Below, piece after piece: positions 1-8,611 of a stretch of DNA of 44,586 bases. Under the pieces are notes generated by a model that saw only the letters and a program-made list of their open reading frames with translations, was not told the DNA's origin and did no database searches. This stretch comes from a virus. Position 1 is the stretch's first letter. The number at the start of each line of letters is the position of its first letter. Location of the stretch: IMG/VR virus record IMGVR_UViG_3300031673_000122; one strand, given 5' to 3'. The position numbers and the translations under genes were made by a program.

Positions 1-127
1 CGGGTCTGGTTGAGGATAATGTTCTGATTGCCGATACAGTGCTCAAAATCCTCGATGCAGGCTCTATGTTTGAGTCACGAAACACCCTGTCTACGACTGC
101 CGATACAGATGGTCTGCCTAACTGGGT
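1..127. repeat. Terminal overlap copy 1. Nt 1-127 are identical to nt 44460-44586, so the contig closes into a 44,459-bp circle or is terminally redundant.
   Basis: Both ends were read base by base (cgggtctggttgaggataatgttctgattgcc...gatggtctgcctaactgggt). There is no mismatch over 127 nt, and an ORF crosses the junction in frame. Confidence 0.95.
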
Positions 128-797
128 TATCGAAGGTGGTTTAATAGACTCTATTGGTGCTCAGGATGCCAACATCCAACAGATAGAAGATTTTCTGGCT
201 CTGAATGACGCTAACTCCAAAACACTGGTAACGGCTGCCGGATTGCACGATGCAAACTTTACGCTCATAACAACCTGGCGAGGTTTGCAGGATGCTAACA
301 TCGGACAGTTGGAAGCTGCGGCCCTGCCTTCTTATAGTCATCCGAACTACTTCACGATTGACGCCAATATGACGAGTGTAACGTGGAACTCAGTAGCTGC
401 TCACGAGATAGCTGATGTAACGGGTAATGTCAGGATGACGATAATGGCGGAGTGTACCCACGAGAACCTCGTGTCAGCGGGAACCAATGCGACTATTGTG
501 TTGGGAGTTGCTGGTAATACGTCTGCTATCTGGGCTTCGGCAAACGTAGATGACTGGGATTTAGGTGAGGTTGCTTCGGCGGTTTATGCCGGTGCTCCGA
601 CATACCCTCTTGGTGTAGGCGAGGCCCATTCCTCTCTTACGCATGTATTGACGGACGTTGTGATTGTTGGAGGTCTTGATGTCGGGTATACCATTGGAAC
701 AAGTGCCGGAACATTGGGCACAATTAAATGGCATGTCTGGTGGACCCCTTTGGATTCAACGGGTGCTGTAACTGCCGGAGCAGGCGGCGGATTCTAA
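1..797 (+). CDS. C-terminal ~264 aa of the junction-spanning tailspike/depolymerase-like protein. Same gene as 43607..44586; 549 aa when joined.
   Basis: The frame of track ORF 39..797 has its first full codon at nt 3. This is the same phase as the open frame from ATG 43607 once 44460 is equated with 1. The stop is TAA at 795-797. The region holds four xDAN repeats spaced ~14 aa apart. Confidence 0.8.
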   Translation, partial: GLVEDNVLIADTVLKILDAGSMFESRNTLSTTADTDGLPNWVIEGGLIDSIGAQDANIQQIEDFLALNDANSKTLVTAAGLHDANFTLITTWRGLQDANIGQLEAAALPSYSHPNYFTIDANMTSVTWNSVAAHEIADVTGNVRMTIMAECTHENLVSAGTNATIVLGVAGNTSAIWASANVDDWDLGEVASAVYAGAPTYPLGVGEAHSSLTHVLTDVVIVGGLDVGYTIGTSAGTLGTIKWHVWWTPLDSTGAVTAGAGGGF

Positions 798-804
798 TTT
801 TAAC

Positions 805-833
805 GGGGGCAGGAAACTGCCCCCTGTATTTTC
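805..833 (+). terminator. Intrinsic terminator after the tailspike gene
   Basis: Perfect 8-bp stem GGGGGCAG/CTGCCCCC with a GAAA tetraloop, followed by TGTATTTTC. Confidence 0.8.
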
Positions 834-843
834 ATGGTGATGT

Positions 844-1695
844 ATGGCAAATGCAGATGAAAAGGCGGCGATTACCAATATAGCTTTACTGGCTGTGGGC
901 CAAAAACTGATTACTTTGCTGACTGACGGTACACCTCATGTCAATAAAATCGCTGCCATCTTCGAGGATATCGTCAAGGAATTGCTGTCTAAAGACTGGA
1001 TCTTCAGTCGCAGAAGGATCCACACGGACGATATGACGGCCATTAACAAGCTGACGGTCGATACGGCACCTACGGTGGCAGTGTGGGCGGTTGGGGCAAC
1101 CTTAACAGGGGCAACGAGTCTGAAAACCTGCGTAGTAGTCGCCAGGTTAAACGACACTACTTACCTTGTGACCGAGCCGAGCGGAGACTTTACCGATGGC
1201 GAGATTATCAGCGATGGCGTCAATAGTGTGGACTGCGCTACTGGTTATCCTGTTGTCGATGAGGCCCTTGATATTGGCGGGAACGATTACGGATACTTAA
1301 TGCCGACCGACCAGCTCTTTATAAGAGGTCTTGGGGCAGCGAATTATGATGATGTCAAATATCGGTATCACAGGGAAGGCAAAATCATCTTTACAAATTA
1401 CTATGACTGCTACTGGCACTATAACAGATGGATGGGTGAGGCTGAGAGCACGACTGTAAGCGATGTAACTATAATGCCGAACTGGTTCCACAGGTTAATT
1501 TCGGCAAGACTGGCCGATATCCTGTCCCCTAATATCACAGAGAATCAGAGAGTGCGCTCAAAGGTGTCTTATGAATTAGAGGCAGCGTGGCTTTTCGCAA
1601 GAGAGGCCAACGGGGACGAAACTTTCAACGAAAATGAACAGGGAAATACCGATTGGCGGGATGGTGCCAATAACGAACTTCAAGCATTAGGATAA
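844..1695 (+). CDS. Tail tubular protein A / adaptor-like protein (T7 gp11-like)
   Basis: 283-aa ORF. The N-terminus ITNIALLAVGQKLITLLTDGTP...VKELLSKDWIFSRRR parallels the T7 gp11 N-terminal pattern as I recall it (VNDILASIGEPPVSTLE...SRGWTFN). It sits in the tail module. Confidence 0.55.
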   Translation: MANADEKAAITNIALLAVGQKLITLLTDGTPHVNKIAAIFEDIVKELLSKDWIFSRRRIHTDDMTAINKLTVDTAPTVAVWAVGATLTGATSLKTCVVVARLNDTTYLVTEPSGDFTDGEIISDGVNSVDCATGYPVVDEALDIGGNDYGYLMPTDQLFIRGLGAANYDDVKYRYHREGKIIFTNYYDCYWHYNRWMGEAESTTVSDVTIMPNWFHRLISARLADILSPNITENQRVRSKVSYELEAAWLFAREANGDETFNENEQGNTDWRDGANNELQALG

Positions 1696-1708
1696 GGAGA
1701 TTTTTGAA

Positions 1709-2305
1709 ATGAAAAAGATACTGTTTCTCATACTTGTTTTGATTATGGCCGGTTCGGCCCGGGCAGACGAGATTTATACGCCACAGATGACGGCAGTGCT
1801 GATATCGGCTGTCGAGGCCAACGATACGGCACTTGACGTTAATACTGCAAGCTGGGCTTACGCTAAAAGCTGGACACAGATACCTGCGACATGGAGCACG
1901 TTAAAGGTCATGTTCTACGCTACCGAGCCGAATGACCCTAACGGAGAATCACTGACCACAGATGGCGAGACGTTTAGTTTCAAGTTTTATATCGCTGATT
2001 ATGGAAATAACGGTCAGGTGGTTGCTGATTGCAATGCGACTGTAGGTGCAATGCTTTTATCTCACAATCCCATAACGCTTGCTGAACTTGCCAGTGGTTC
2101 CGGCGACCCCAATACTAATTGGGTGGATACTATCTCTACCCCTGTAGAGGCATGGAATGGCACTGTTGCCGCACAAAATAACGCAGGTGAGGACGGTGCG
2201 GCATCTCTTGTAATTGGCCGAGAGAGTGGGAAAACGGCAAAATGTATAATAACCAACAGGTCATCGGGCTATCTGCACGTTAATTGTATCGCTTACGGGT
2301 ACTAA
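1709..2305 (+). CDS. Tail-module protein of unknown function with a signal-peptide-like N-terminus
   Basis: Strong RBS AAGGAGA lies 8 nt upstream. The N-terminus is MKKILFLILVLIMAGSARA|DE (basic residues, a hydrophobic core, then an AxA-like site). Confidence 0.6.
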   Translation: MKKILFLILVLIMAGSARADEIYTPQMTAVLISAVEANDTALDVNTASWAYAKSWTQIPATWSTLKVMFYATEPNDPNGESLTTDGETFSFKFYIADYGNNGQVVADCNATVGAMLLSHNPITLAELASGSGDPNTNWVDTISTPVEAWNGTVAAQNNAGEDGAASLVIGRESGKTAKCIITNRSSGYLHVNCIAYGY

Positions 2306-4024
2306 ATGAAAAAAACAGTTTTATTACTACTGATTGTCCTGACAGGTTCTCTGTTTGCGGATACCTCCGGCGAAAATTATACGCTGGTAAGCGACACAAA
2401 AAGAGAAATTACGGTAACAGGCTCGAGGCCGTTTACCGGCGATGCCAATCTCGGCGGCCATTTCTTTTTGAATACCGGACACGGTAAGGGAGAGGTGCTG
2501 TTCGCTAATTCTGTTGGAGATATCATTTCAGATGCGAATTTATACTGGGATGATGTTAACAGCGTTCTCGTGGGGGTGGACCACGGCGGTCTTACCGGCC
2601 TTGATGATGCAAACGACCATACATGGGCGCTTTTAATCGATGCGACAAGGGATTTGATTAACGACTGGGTTATTTCAGCCAATAGTATCACCCTGACCGC
2701 AGGCACTTTGACCGCTGAGCAGATAACTTCGACTGATGATATGAATGTTACCAACGACCTTCTGGTCGGCGGCCACGCAGCCTTTGGTTCTGATGCCACA
2801 ATTCACGAACACTGGCCGTTCAGAATAATGGATACCTATACCGGCACGACAACTATTTATTTCGGGCAAGACCTAGCCATAATACACAATCCTTCGGCAA
2901 ATAGGACAATTTCTGGCGGTCTGAATTTCAGTCATACTTGGAAACCTTCAGGTTCGTATAGAATTACCAACATGTTCGGCAACAGGGGGTTGATAATAGT
3001 AAAATCTGTAGACGCCTCTGCCGACAATCCCTACGCAACCACCGCATCTTGTATGTATTCCGGTTTTGCAGTAGCACCAGGTGCTACTGCCACAGGTGCA
3101 CCGTATATTACCCAAGCTAATCATTTTTCGACAGGTGCGGTAACAGTAACCGCCCCGGCCTATATAACAACGCTCTGTGGTTATTATGATGCAGGACAAA
3201 CCGCAGGCGTTACCAACTGGGGCTTTTATGGCCTAAGTGCCAACAACTATCTATCAGGCAATCTGTATTTAGGCCAGACGGACGGCACGATAAAGATTTG
3301 GTCTGGTGCAGATGGGTATTTGGATTTGGCCGCCGATGTGGGGATTCGGCTTGCAGGCCACGCTACAGCTACGGGTATCATCAAGAGCACCCACAGTTAT
3401 ACTTCAGGTCTGGCGGATGCCGCCTTTTACGCCCGTTCTGCAAGTCCAAGAATTTCCCTGTTAGACACGGATTCTGGTACAGGTTGGTCGATAAGTACAG
3501 ATGATTCTGGTAATTTTGGTTTTTCAACCGATACCGAAGCTGGAGCGCCATCTACAAAGGCCTATTTCAATAACAGTGGCGACCTGCTTATGTACGGCGA
3601 CGGCGACCTCGTGATGTATAGCGGGGTTATCACTGTTGAGCCAGCAGGCGACCTTAATTTACAAGGCGGTGGTCTTGTCGGTGGCCCACAAAAAGGTGCT
3701 GATGTCCATATCACAGCAGGCCCTGCTGTGACCGCTGGCCCCGGACAAGACGGCGGCAGTATCACTCTAACCCCCACAGTCGCAGCAGGCGGCACGGACG
3801 GCTCGGTCAAGATAGGCGACGGCGGAACGACAGATTATACGAATATAGCTCTTAATGGCACGACTTCTTTTGTCGGGGCTGCCGAACTTATTATACCAAG
3901 CAGTACGACTTTGCCAGGAACGGCAAACGTGGGTTCGTTGTACCTTGATACCGATGCCGGTGCGAATGGCACTGTGTATATGTACGCTAACGGGGCATGG
4001 AGAGTTTTAGTTGCTTTGCCTTGA
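2306..4024 (+). CDS. Tail fibre-like protein with a signal-peptide-like N-terminus
   Basis: 572 aa, rich in Gly/Thr/Ala/Asp. The N-terminus is MKKTVLLLLIVLTGSLFA|DT. The start is coupled to the upstream stop (TAAATG). It lies between the adaptor and nozzle genes. Confidence 0.55.
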   Translation: MKKTVLLLLIVLTGSLFADTSGENYTLVSDTKREITVTGSRPFTGDANLGGHFFLNTGHGKGEVLFANSVGDIISDANLYWDDVNSVLVGVDHGGLTGLDDANDHTWALLIDATRDLINDWVISANSITLTAGTLTAEQITSTDDMNVTNDLLVGGHAAFGSDATIHEHWPFRIMDTYTGTTTIYFGQDLAIIHNPSANRTISGGLNFSHTWKPSGSYRITNMFGNRGLIIVKSVDASADNPYATTASCMYSGFAVAPGATATGAPYITQANHFSTGAVTVTAPAYITTLCGYYDAGQTAGVTNWGFYGLSANNYLSGNLYLGQTDGTIKIWSGADGYLDLAADVGIRLAGHATATGIIKSTHSYTSGLADAAFYARSASPRISLLDTDSGTGWSISTDDSGNFGFSTDTEAGAPSTKAYFNNSGDLLMYGDGDLVMYSGVITVEPAGDLNLQGGGLVGGPQKGADVHITAGPAVTAGPGQDGGSITLTPTVAAGGTDGSVKIGDGGTTDYTNIALNGTTSFVGAAELIIPSSTTLPGTANVGSLYLDTDAGANGTVYMYANGAWRVLVALP

Positions 4025-4033
4025 GTTTAAACT

Positions 4034-4366
4034 ATGAAAAAGGCGGTATTTTTTTCGATTATTATATTTTGCTCAATGGTTGTGGCGGCTCCGCTATTTA
4101 ATTCGTTCAATTCCGGCGCTTTGACCCCGCTACTGAAGTACCGTGTCGATTTGCAAAAGAGGCAGATGGGTTCTGAGACTATGGAGAATATGCTGGTAAA
4201 GGTACAAGGGGCTGTTTTCCGCAGGCCCGGGACCGAGTATATCGGCGATGTCAACGATTCCAATACGCCATCGAGACTGCTGCCGTTCGAGTATTCGGAT
4301 ACGGACGCATACGTCCTTGATTTTAGTCATAATAGTATAGGATTTTATCGAACCGTTGGAGATTAG
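4034..4366 (+). CDS. Small tail-module protein. It is the short paralogue of 4368..6065: N-module plus C-strand only.
   Basis: 110 aa. A hydrophobic leader MKKAVFFSIIIFCSMVVAAP is followed by FNSFNSGALTPLLKYRVDLQKR...RRPGTEYIGDV and LLPFEYSDTDAYVLDFSHNSIGFYRT. Both segments are shared with the next ORF. Confidence 0.6.
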   Translation: MKKAVFFSIIIFCSMVVAAPLFNSFNSGALTPLLKYRVDLQKRQMGSETMENMLVKVQGAVFRRPGTEYIGDVNDSNTPSRLLPFEYSDTDAYVLDFSHNSIGFYRTVGD

Positions 4367-4367
4367 A

Positions 4368-6065
4368 ATGAAGTTGAGAACAATTTTATTGCTGCTGCTG
4401 ATGGCCTCAACCGCCTTTTCAGGTGAGCTGGAAAGCTCTTTTAACGCCGGTGAGCTGAGTCCGCTTGTGAAATATCGGGTAGATATTGAAAAACGCAATA
4501 GCGGCGTTGAGGAGATGGAGAACATGCTGGTCAAACCGCAGGGTGCGGCGGCAAGAAGGCCGGGGACGGAGTACATCGGACAAATATCAGGAATAATCTA
4601 TCCGAGTTACACCCCATACAATCCGACTGTGCCGGAAAATGTAACCTGTATTATGAAAGAGACCAATAACATTCGCTTATTGTTGAGTGATGGTGATATT
4701 AAATTAACTGCCGGCGGAGTTGCCCGTAGTCTTGGTGGCAGTATTGTAGGCTTGCCGTGCGTAGGTAATCCATTCGTGGCAGGTCAAAGAGTCCAGTTCG
4801 GCGGCACAACGAGTTATAGCGGTACCACTGGTTTTGTTGTCCAAGCTGGAAATACAATAAATGAGATTGTTATAGACAGAGGTTTTCCTTTTGCCGCCGA
4901 AACTTTTGACGGTGATGAATCAGTCATCCGAATTTTATTAAATGTGATTGATACCAGTGCCGGTTATCCATGTGTGATTGATGATTATAATATCTACTTT
5001 CCGACTGTTTATGTAGCGGGTGGTTCGCAGACTTGCCTTTTCCGAATGGACGGTACGGATTTTAGTCTTGACGGTACTTGGGCGGATGCACCACCTGCCG
5101 GATGGGGTGCGGCAGAATATGGCCGGAGTGCAAACCCGACCAGTGACGGTGCATATATTTATCTGCTTACAATCGACAATCCGAGTCTGGCTTCGGATAT
5201 TTACAAATACCAGGTTTCGGATGGTTCATGTGTCTGGAAATCCGCCGATTCTCACGGCAGCCGAACATACGGCAGATTAGGTGTTGATAGTGATGACAAT
5301 GTTTACGGTGGGTATGTTCTAAAAGCAACGCCGACTGTTGGATATTGGCCGGCAAAATTTGACGAGGATGGTAATTTGCTTCTGCATTTCATAAAAGAAG
5401 ATGCCAGTGGAAACAACGAGGTAATGAATGCAGATGTTGCAATACACGAAAAATTAGGTCTGGTAGCTTTTGGATGCGGGCAATACTACGGCGGGGGAAT
5501 GGACACGCATTTAATTAACATATTCGATTTATCTGGAACTTGGCAATCTCAATTCGGAACACAGGAAAACGGCAAAGGTTGTATTCAGTTACAATGGGTA
5601 GGCAATTATTTATATGCCCTAATGGGAGAAGTAACTTATGACGGCGACACTGTAAATATCTTCAAATTCGACTCAGACCTGAATGTCCTTGCCAGTAGCT
5701 ATATACAATATGGTGCAACAATGTGGCGGGGTACTGATGGTAATATGTGGTTCGCAAGAGATGATTATTATTATGATGGTGACGAGCATGTTGTTGTCCT
5801 TGATATTGACAATTTGAGCGAGATAAAAATTGTAAAAACTAATCAGGTTCAATCCAATAGTAATTATATTCTCAATCCTGACGGCTTCGTTCTCAGCCCT
5901 TCGATGGATACCTACTGGAGCCAATTAGCTTCTGATGAAGCGGCTGCCGTAACCGTAGAACCCAACGACCCGATTCGTCTTATCCCCTTCGAGTACTCGA
6001 CAGACGATTCTTACGTTTTAGCTTTTGGCCATCAATACATAGGTTTTTACAGGACAACAGATTAG
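4368..6065 (+). CDS. Receptor-binding-type tail protein. It is the long paralogue of 4034..4366, with a ~450-aa beta-propeller-like insertion.
   Basis: ATG 4368 lies 2 nt after the upstream stop, with GGAG just upstream; the track start 4356 is a TTG. The leader is MKLRTILLLLLMASTAFS|GE. The shared N-module is FNAGELSPLVKYRVDIEKR...RRPGTEYIGQI and the shared C-strand is LIPFEYSTDDSYVLAFGHQYIGFYRT. The middle has repeated D-x-D/G-N-hydrophobic turns (VDSDDNVYG, FDEDGNLL, TDGNMWF). Confidence 0.6.
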   Translation: MKLRTILLLLLMASTAFSGELESSFNAGELSPLVKYRVDIEKRNSGVEEMENMLVKPQGAAARRPGTEYIGQISGIIYPSYTPYNPTVPENVTCIMKETNNIRLLLSDGDIKLTAGGVARSLGGSIVGLPCVGNPFVAGQRVQFGGTTSYSGTTGFVVQAGNTINEIVIDRGFPFAAETFDGDESVIRILLNVIDTSAGYPCVIDDYNIYFPTVYVAGGSQTCLFRMDGTDFSLDGTWADAPPAGWGAAEYGRSANPTSDGAYIYLLTIDNPSLASDIYKYQVSDGSCVWKSADSHGSRTYGRLGVDSDDNVYGGYVLKATPTVGYWPAKFDEDGNLLLHFIKEDASGNNEVMNADVAIHEKLGLVAFGCGQYYGGGMDTHLINIFDLSGTWQSQFGTQENGKGCIQLQWVGNYLYALMGEVTYDGDTVNIFKFDSDLNVLASSYIQYGATMWRGTDGNMWFARDDYYYDGDEHVVVLDIDNLSEIKIVKTNQVQSNSNYILNPDGFVLSPSMDTYWSQLASDEAAAVTVEPNDPIRLIPFEYSTDDSYVLAFGHQYIGFYRTTD

Positions 6066-6097
6066 TGAATAGTCGTTAGTGAATAGTGAGTAGAAAA

Positions 6098-8185
6098 ATG
6101 AATAAACGACTTAAAATGTTAAAAATTATGGTACTGTTTGCTTGTTGTTTTTTATGCAGAACCGGCTGGGCTGCAAGCGGTCAAATACTCGATGCAAACG
6201 ACCCGAACTACGCCTATTATATAACCAGTCCTTATGACGGTAACGACCTGAGAGGGATACAATACGTCCAAATCCACGATGTGATGTATCTTGTCCACCC
6301 GGACTATCCGGTCCAGAAATTATGCCGTTACAATCACGCCGACTGGACAATCGCCGATGTCAACTGGCAGTGGGGGCCATTCCTCACTGATAATATCACG
6401 ACAACAACAATAACACCGTCAGATACCAACGGTGCAATTACTCTGATTGCAGATGCGAATATCTTTGACGGTAACCATGTCGGGGCACTGTGGAAAATCA
6501 CCGAAAAAGCGGACAATACGACCACAAGCGGGACACTTGACGCCAACGAATCCAGTAGTGAGGTAGCAATCGAGGGCGATGCTTTATTGACGCTCGAAGA
6601 AACGTGGATAGGTCTGGTAACACTTGAAAAAAGCGATAACGGCGGTACGAGCTGGGACCCTGTGTACCCGAAACTCAACGGCGATGCAGCCAATATCCAA
6701 TATAGCTTTAACGAAGGTTCGCCCGGCTACTCTTATCGCCTGACTATGAGTGCCTATAGTAGTGGAAGCTGTAAATATACCATTGTGGCCTATAATACCG
6801 ATGTGGCCGGATACGTTGAGATAACGGCCTTTATCGATGCAAATGAGGTTAATGCCACTGTCTATAGCGAACTGGCCGGCATAGCAGCTACTACAAAATG
6901 GGCCGAGGGTGCCTGGAGTGCCTACAGGGGTTATCCGAGGGCGATATGTGTGTACCAGAACCGGCTATGCCTTGCAGGGACGTCATACATACCGAACGGG
7001 TTCTGGACATCGGTTTCCGGCGGCGATTACGATAATATGCGAAATTCATCGCTGGACGATGGGGCTATCGTCTATGAGGCAAGCTCAGCGAAACAAAACC
7101 CTATACTCTGGCTACAGGATAAAAGCGGGGTTATAGCCGGTACTTCAGGCTCGGCGATCCGGATTTTCAGTCAATCGTCGAACTCCACACTTACACCGGC
7201 TTCTATCGGTTCGGAACGTCAATCGCAATCGGGAAGCTGTAGTATGCAGGCCCAGCTCATAGGCGACTCAATCGTCTTTGTCGATAGGAACCGCCGCAAG
7301 GTCAAGGATATACTCTACGACCTGCAAAGTGATAGTTTCGTATCGCCGGAACTGACGATATTCGCCGAACACATAACCGACCCCTGCCTTGTGGAAGTGG
7401 CCGTGCAACACAGACCTGACCCGATATTGTGGTATATCAAAGGCGATGGCAACGCCGTATCACTGACGTATAACAGGGACCAGGCCGTTGTAGCCTGGAC
7501 GGAGCATGTAACGGACGGAAACTTCGAGTCCGTTACCGTGATTCCCGGCCTGACCGAAGATGATGTCTGGTTCGTTGTGCAAAGAGAGATTAACAGTGTT
7601 AATCTTAGGTATATCGAAAAACTCAAAGAGCAGGACTGGGGTACAGATGCCAACGACTGCTGGTACGTTGATTCAGGATTGGATTATGACTCTAACGAAA
7701 CGGCTATTATAACCGGACTCAGCCACTTGGAAGGTAAGTTAGTACAGGTCTTTTACGGCGGTAACTCGGTCCAGACCGCGACTGTAAGCGATGGTAATAT
7801 TGCACTCGACCCGAATGTAGCTTATGCGACTGTGGGACTGCCGTTTACATCGACATTGATAACTTTCCCGATTGAGCTGCCTATGCAGACCGGATATACG
7901 GTTGGCTATAAAAAGAAAATATACGAGGTTGTCGGCTGTTTCTATAAGACGATGTACGGGCGGTACGGCCTTGTCGGGCAGTTTACGGACCCGACAATGT
8001 ACGATATTCCGTTCAGGGCGTGGCCGGATACCACTTTGGGTTCGGATGCCCCGTTCACCGGGGAAATCAGGTTGGAAATAGACGGCGGATGGGACGATGA
8101 ACTCCGCCTGAAATTCGACCAGAACGAACCCTACCCGCTCAATCTGACGGCGTTATCAATAAAAATTGAGGTTAGTGAGAATTAA
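6098..8185 (+). CDS. Nozzle / tail tubular protein B-like protein (T7 gp12 slot) with a hydrophobic signal-like N-terminus
   Basis: ~695 aa from ATG 6098; GTG 6086 is an alternative start. The segment YRGYPRAICVYQNRLCLAGTSYIPNGFWTSVSGGDYDNM and the position directly upstream of the internal virion genes fit podovirus nozzle proteins. The N-terminus is MNKRLKMLKIMVLFACCFLCRTGWAAS. Confidence 0.55.
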   Translation: MNKRLKMLKIMVLFACCFLCRTGWAASGQILDANDPNYAYYITSPYDGNDLRGIQYVQIHDVMYLVHPDYPVQKLCRYNHADWTIADVNWQWGPFLTDNITTTTITPSDTNGAITLIADANIFDGNHVGALWKITEKADNTTTSGTLDANESSSEVAIEGDALLTLEETWIGLVTLEKSDNGGTSWDPVYPKLNGDAANIQYSFNEGSPGYSYRLTMSAYSSGSCKYTIVAYNTDVAGYVEITAFIDANEVNATVYSELAGIAATTKWAEGAWSAYRGYPRAICVYQNRLCLAGTSYIPNGFWTSVSGGDYDNMRNSSLDDGAIVYEASSAKQNPILWLQDKSGVIAGTSGSAIRIFSQSSNSTLTPASIGSERQSQSGSCSMQAQLIGDSIVFVDRNRRKVKDILYDLQSDSFVSPELTIFAEHITDPCLVEVAVQHRPDPILWYIKGDGNAVSLTYNRDQAVVAWTEHVTDGNFESVTVIPGLTEDDVWFVVQREINSVNLRYIEKLKEQDWGTDANDCWYVDSGLDYDSNETAIITGLSHLEGKLVQVFYGGNSVQTATVSDGNIALDPNVAYATVGLPFTSTLITFPIELPMQTGYTVGYKKKIYEVVGCFYKTMYGRYGLVGQFTDPTMYDIPFRAWPDTTLGSDAPFTGEIRLEIDGGWDDELRLKFDQNEPYPLNLTALSIKIEVSEN

Positions 8186-8611
8186 ATGATGAGTGTTCGG
8201 AAAATGACTATAGCCGATATAGCGGTCCTTAAACTTCCAGAACAGTGGATGCGGGATAGATACGAGATGTATCTCGATGCCGGAACGGGGCCGGCCTGGA
8301 TTATGGAGGATAACGGCAGGCCGCTTTGTGCGTTCGGAGCGGCTTTCCTGTGGGATGGTGTGTGCGAGGTCTGGTTTAACCTGATTGAAAAGACAAATAC
8401 TATAGGCCAGATACGGGCGGCAAAAAGATACCTGCTCGAACAGGGCAAAAAGTACAAAGTTCGCAGATTCCATGCGACTATCAAATGCGACTCTAAAATC
8501 AGCAGTAGATTCGTTGAGGCTTTAGGTTTCAAGTGTGAAACACCCAACGGGATGAAAAATTATAACCCTGACGGCTCGACGGCATATTTGTATTCGAGGA
8601 TAATTGAATGA
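8186..8611 (+). CDS. Small GNAT-fold-like virion protein in the T7 gp13 / phiKMV internal-virion-protein-A slot
   Basis: 141 aa. The pattern EDNGRPLCAFGAAF..GVCEVWFNL...KYKVRRFHATI...SSRFVEALGF matches my recollection of the DUF2833 / internal virion protein A family. Synteny also fits. Confidence 0.45.
   Translation: MMSVRKMTIADIAVLKLPEQWMRDRYEMYLDAGTGPAWIMEDNGRPLCAFGAAFLWDGVCEVWFNLIEKTNTIGQIRAAKRYLLEQGKKYKVRRFHATIKCDSKISSRFVEALGFKCETPNGMKNYNPDGSTAYLYSRIIE

Noticed and set aside
1-127. Treating the 127-bp terminal repeat as a mobile-element boundary, an LTR or a physical direct terminal repeat.
   Set aside because: It lies in the middle of a continuous ORF that reads through the junction in frame. 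That is the signature of an assembly overlap on a circular or permuted template. True physical ends can only be judged from reads.
2377-2799. Long antisense or off-frame ORFs inside large genes. Examples are 2377..2799(-), 6334..6693(-), 13632..14090(-), 18507..19145(-), 20187..20654(-), 36471..36854(-), 40079..40510(-), 40538..40984(-) and 42522..43034(-).
   Set aside because: They lie entirely within longer + strand ORFs that have recognisable motifs, RBSs and stop-start coupling. Their translations are low-complexity or Cys/Arg/Ser-rich, as is typical of shadow frames, and none has an evident RBS.
6062-6087. 12-nt direct repeat TTAGTGAATAGT, two copies separated by CG, between the 565-aa gene and the nozzle gene.
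   Set aside because: It is real but short. It overlaps the upstream stop codon and the alternative GTG start, and I can attach no function to it.
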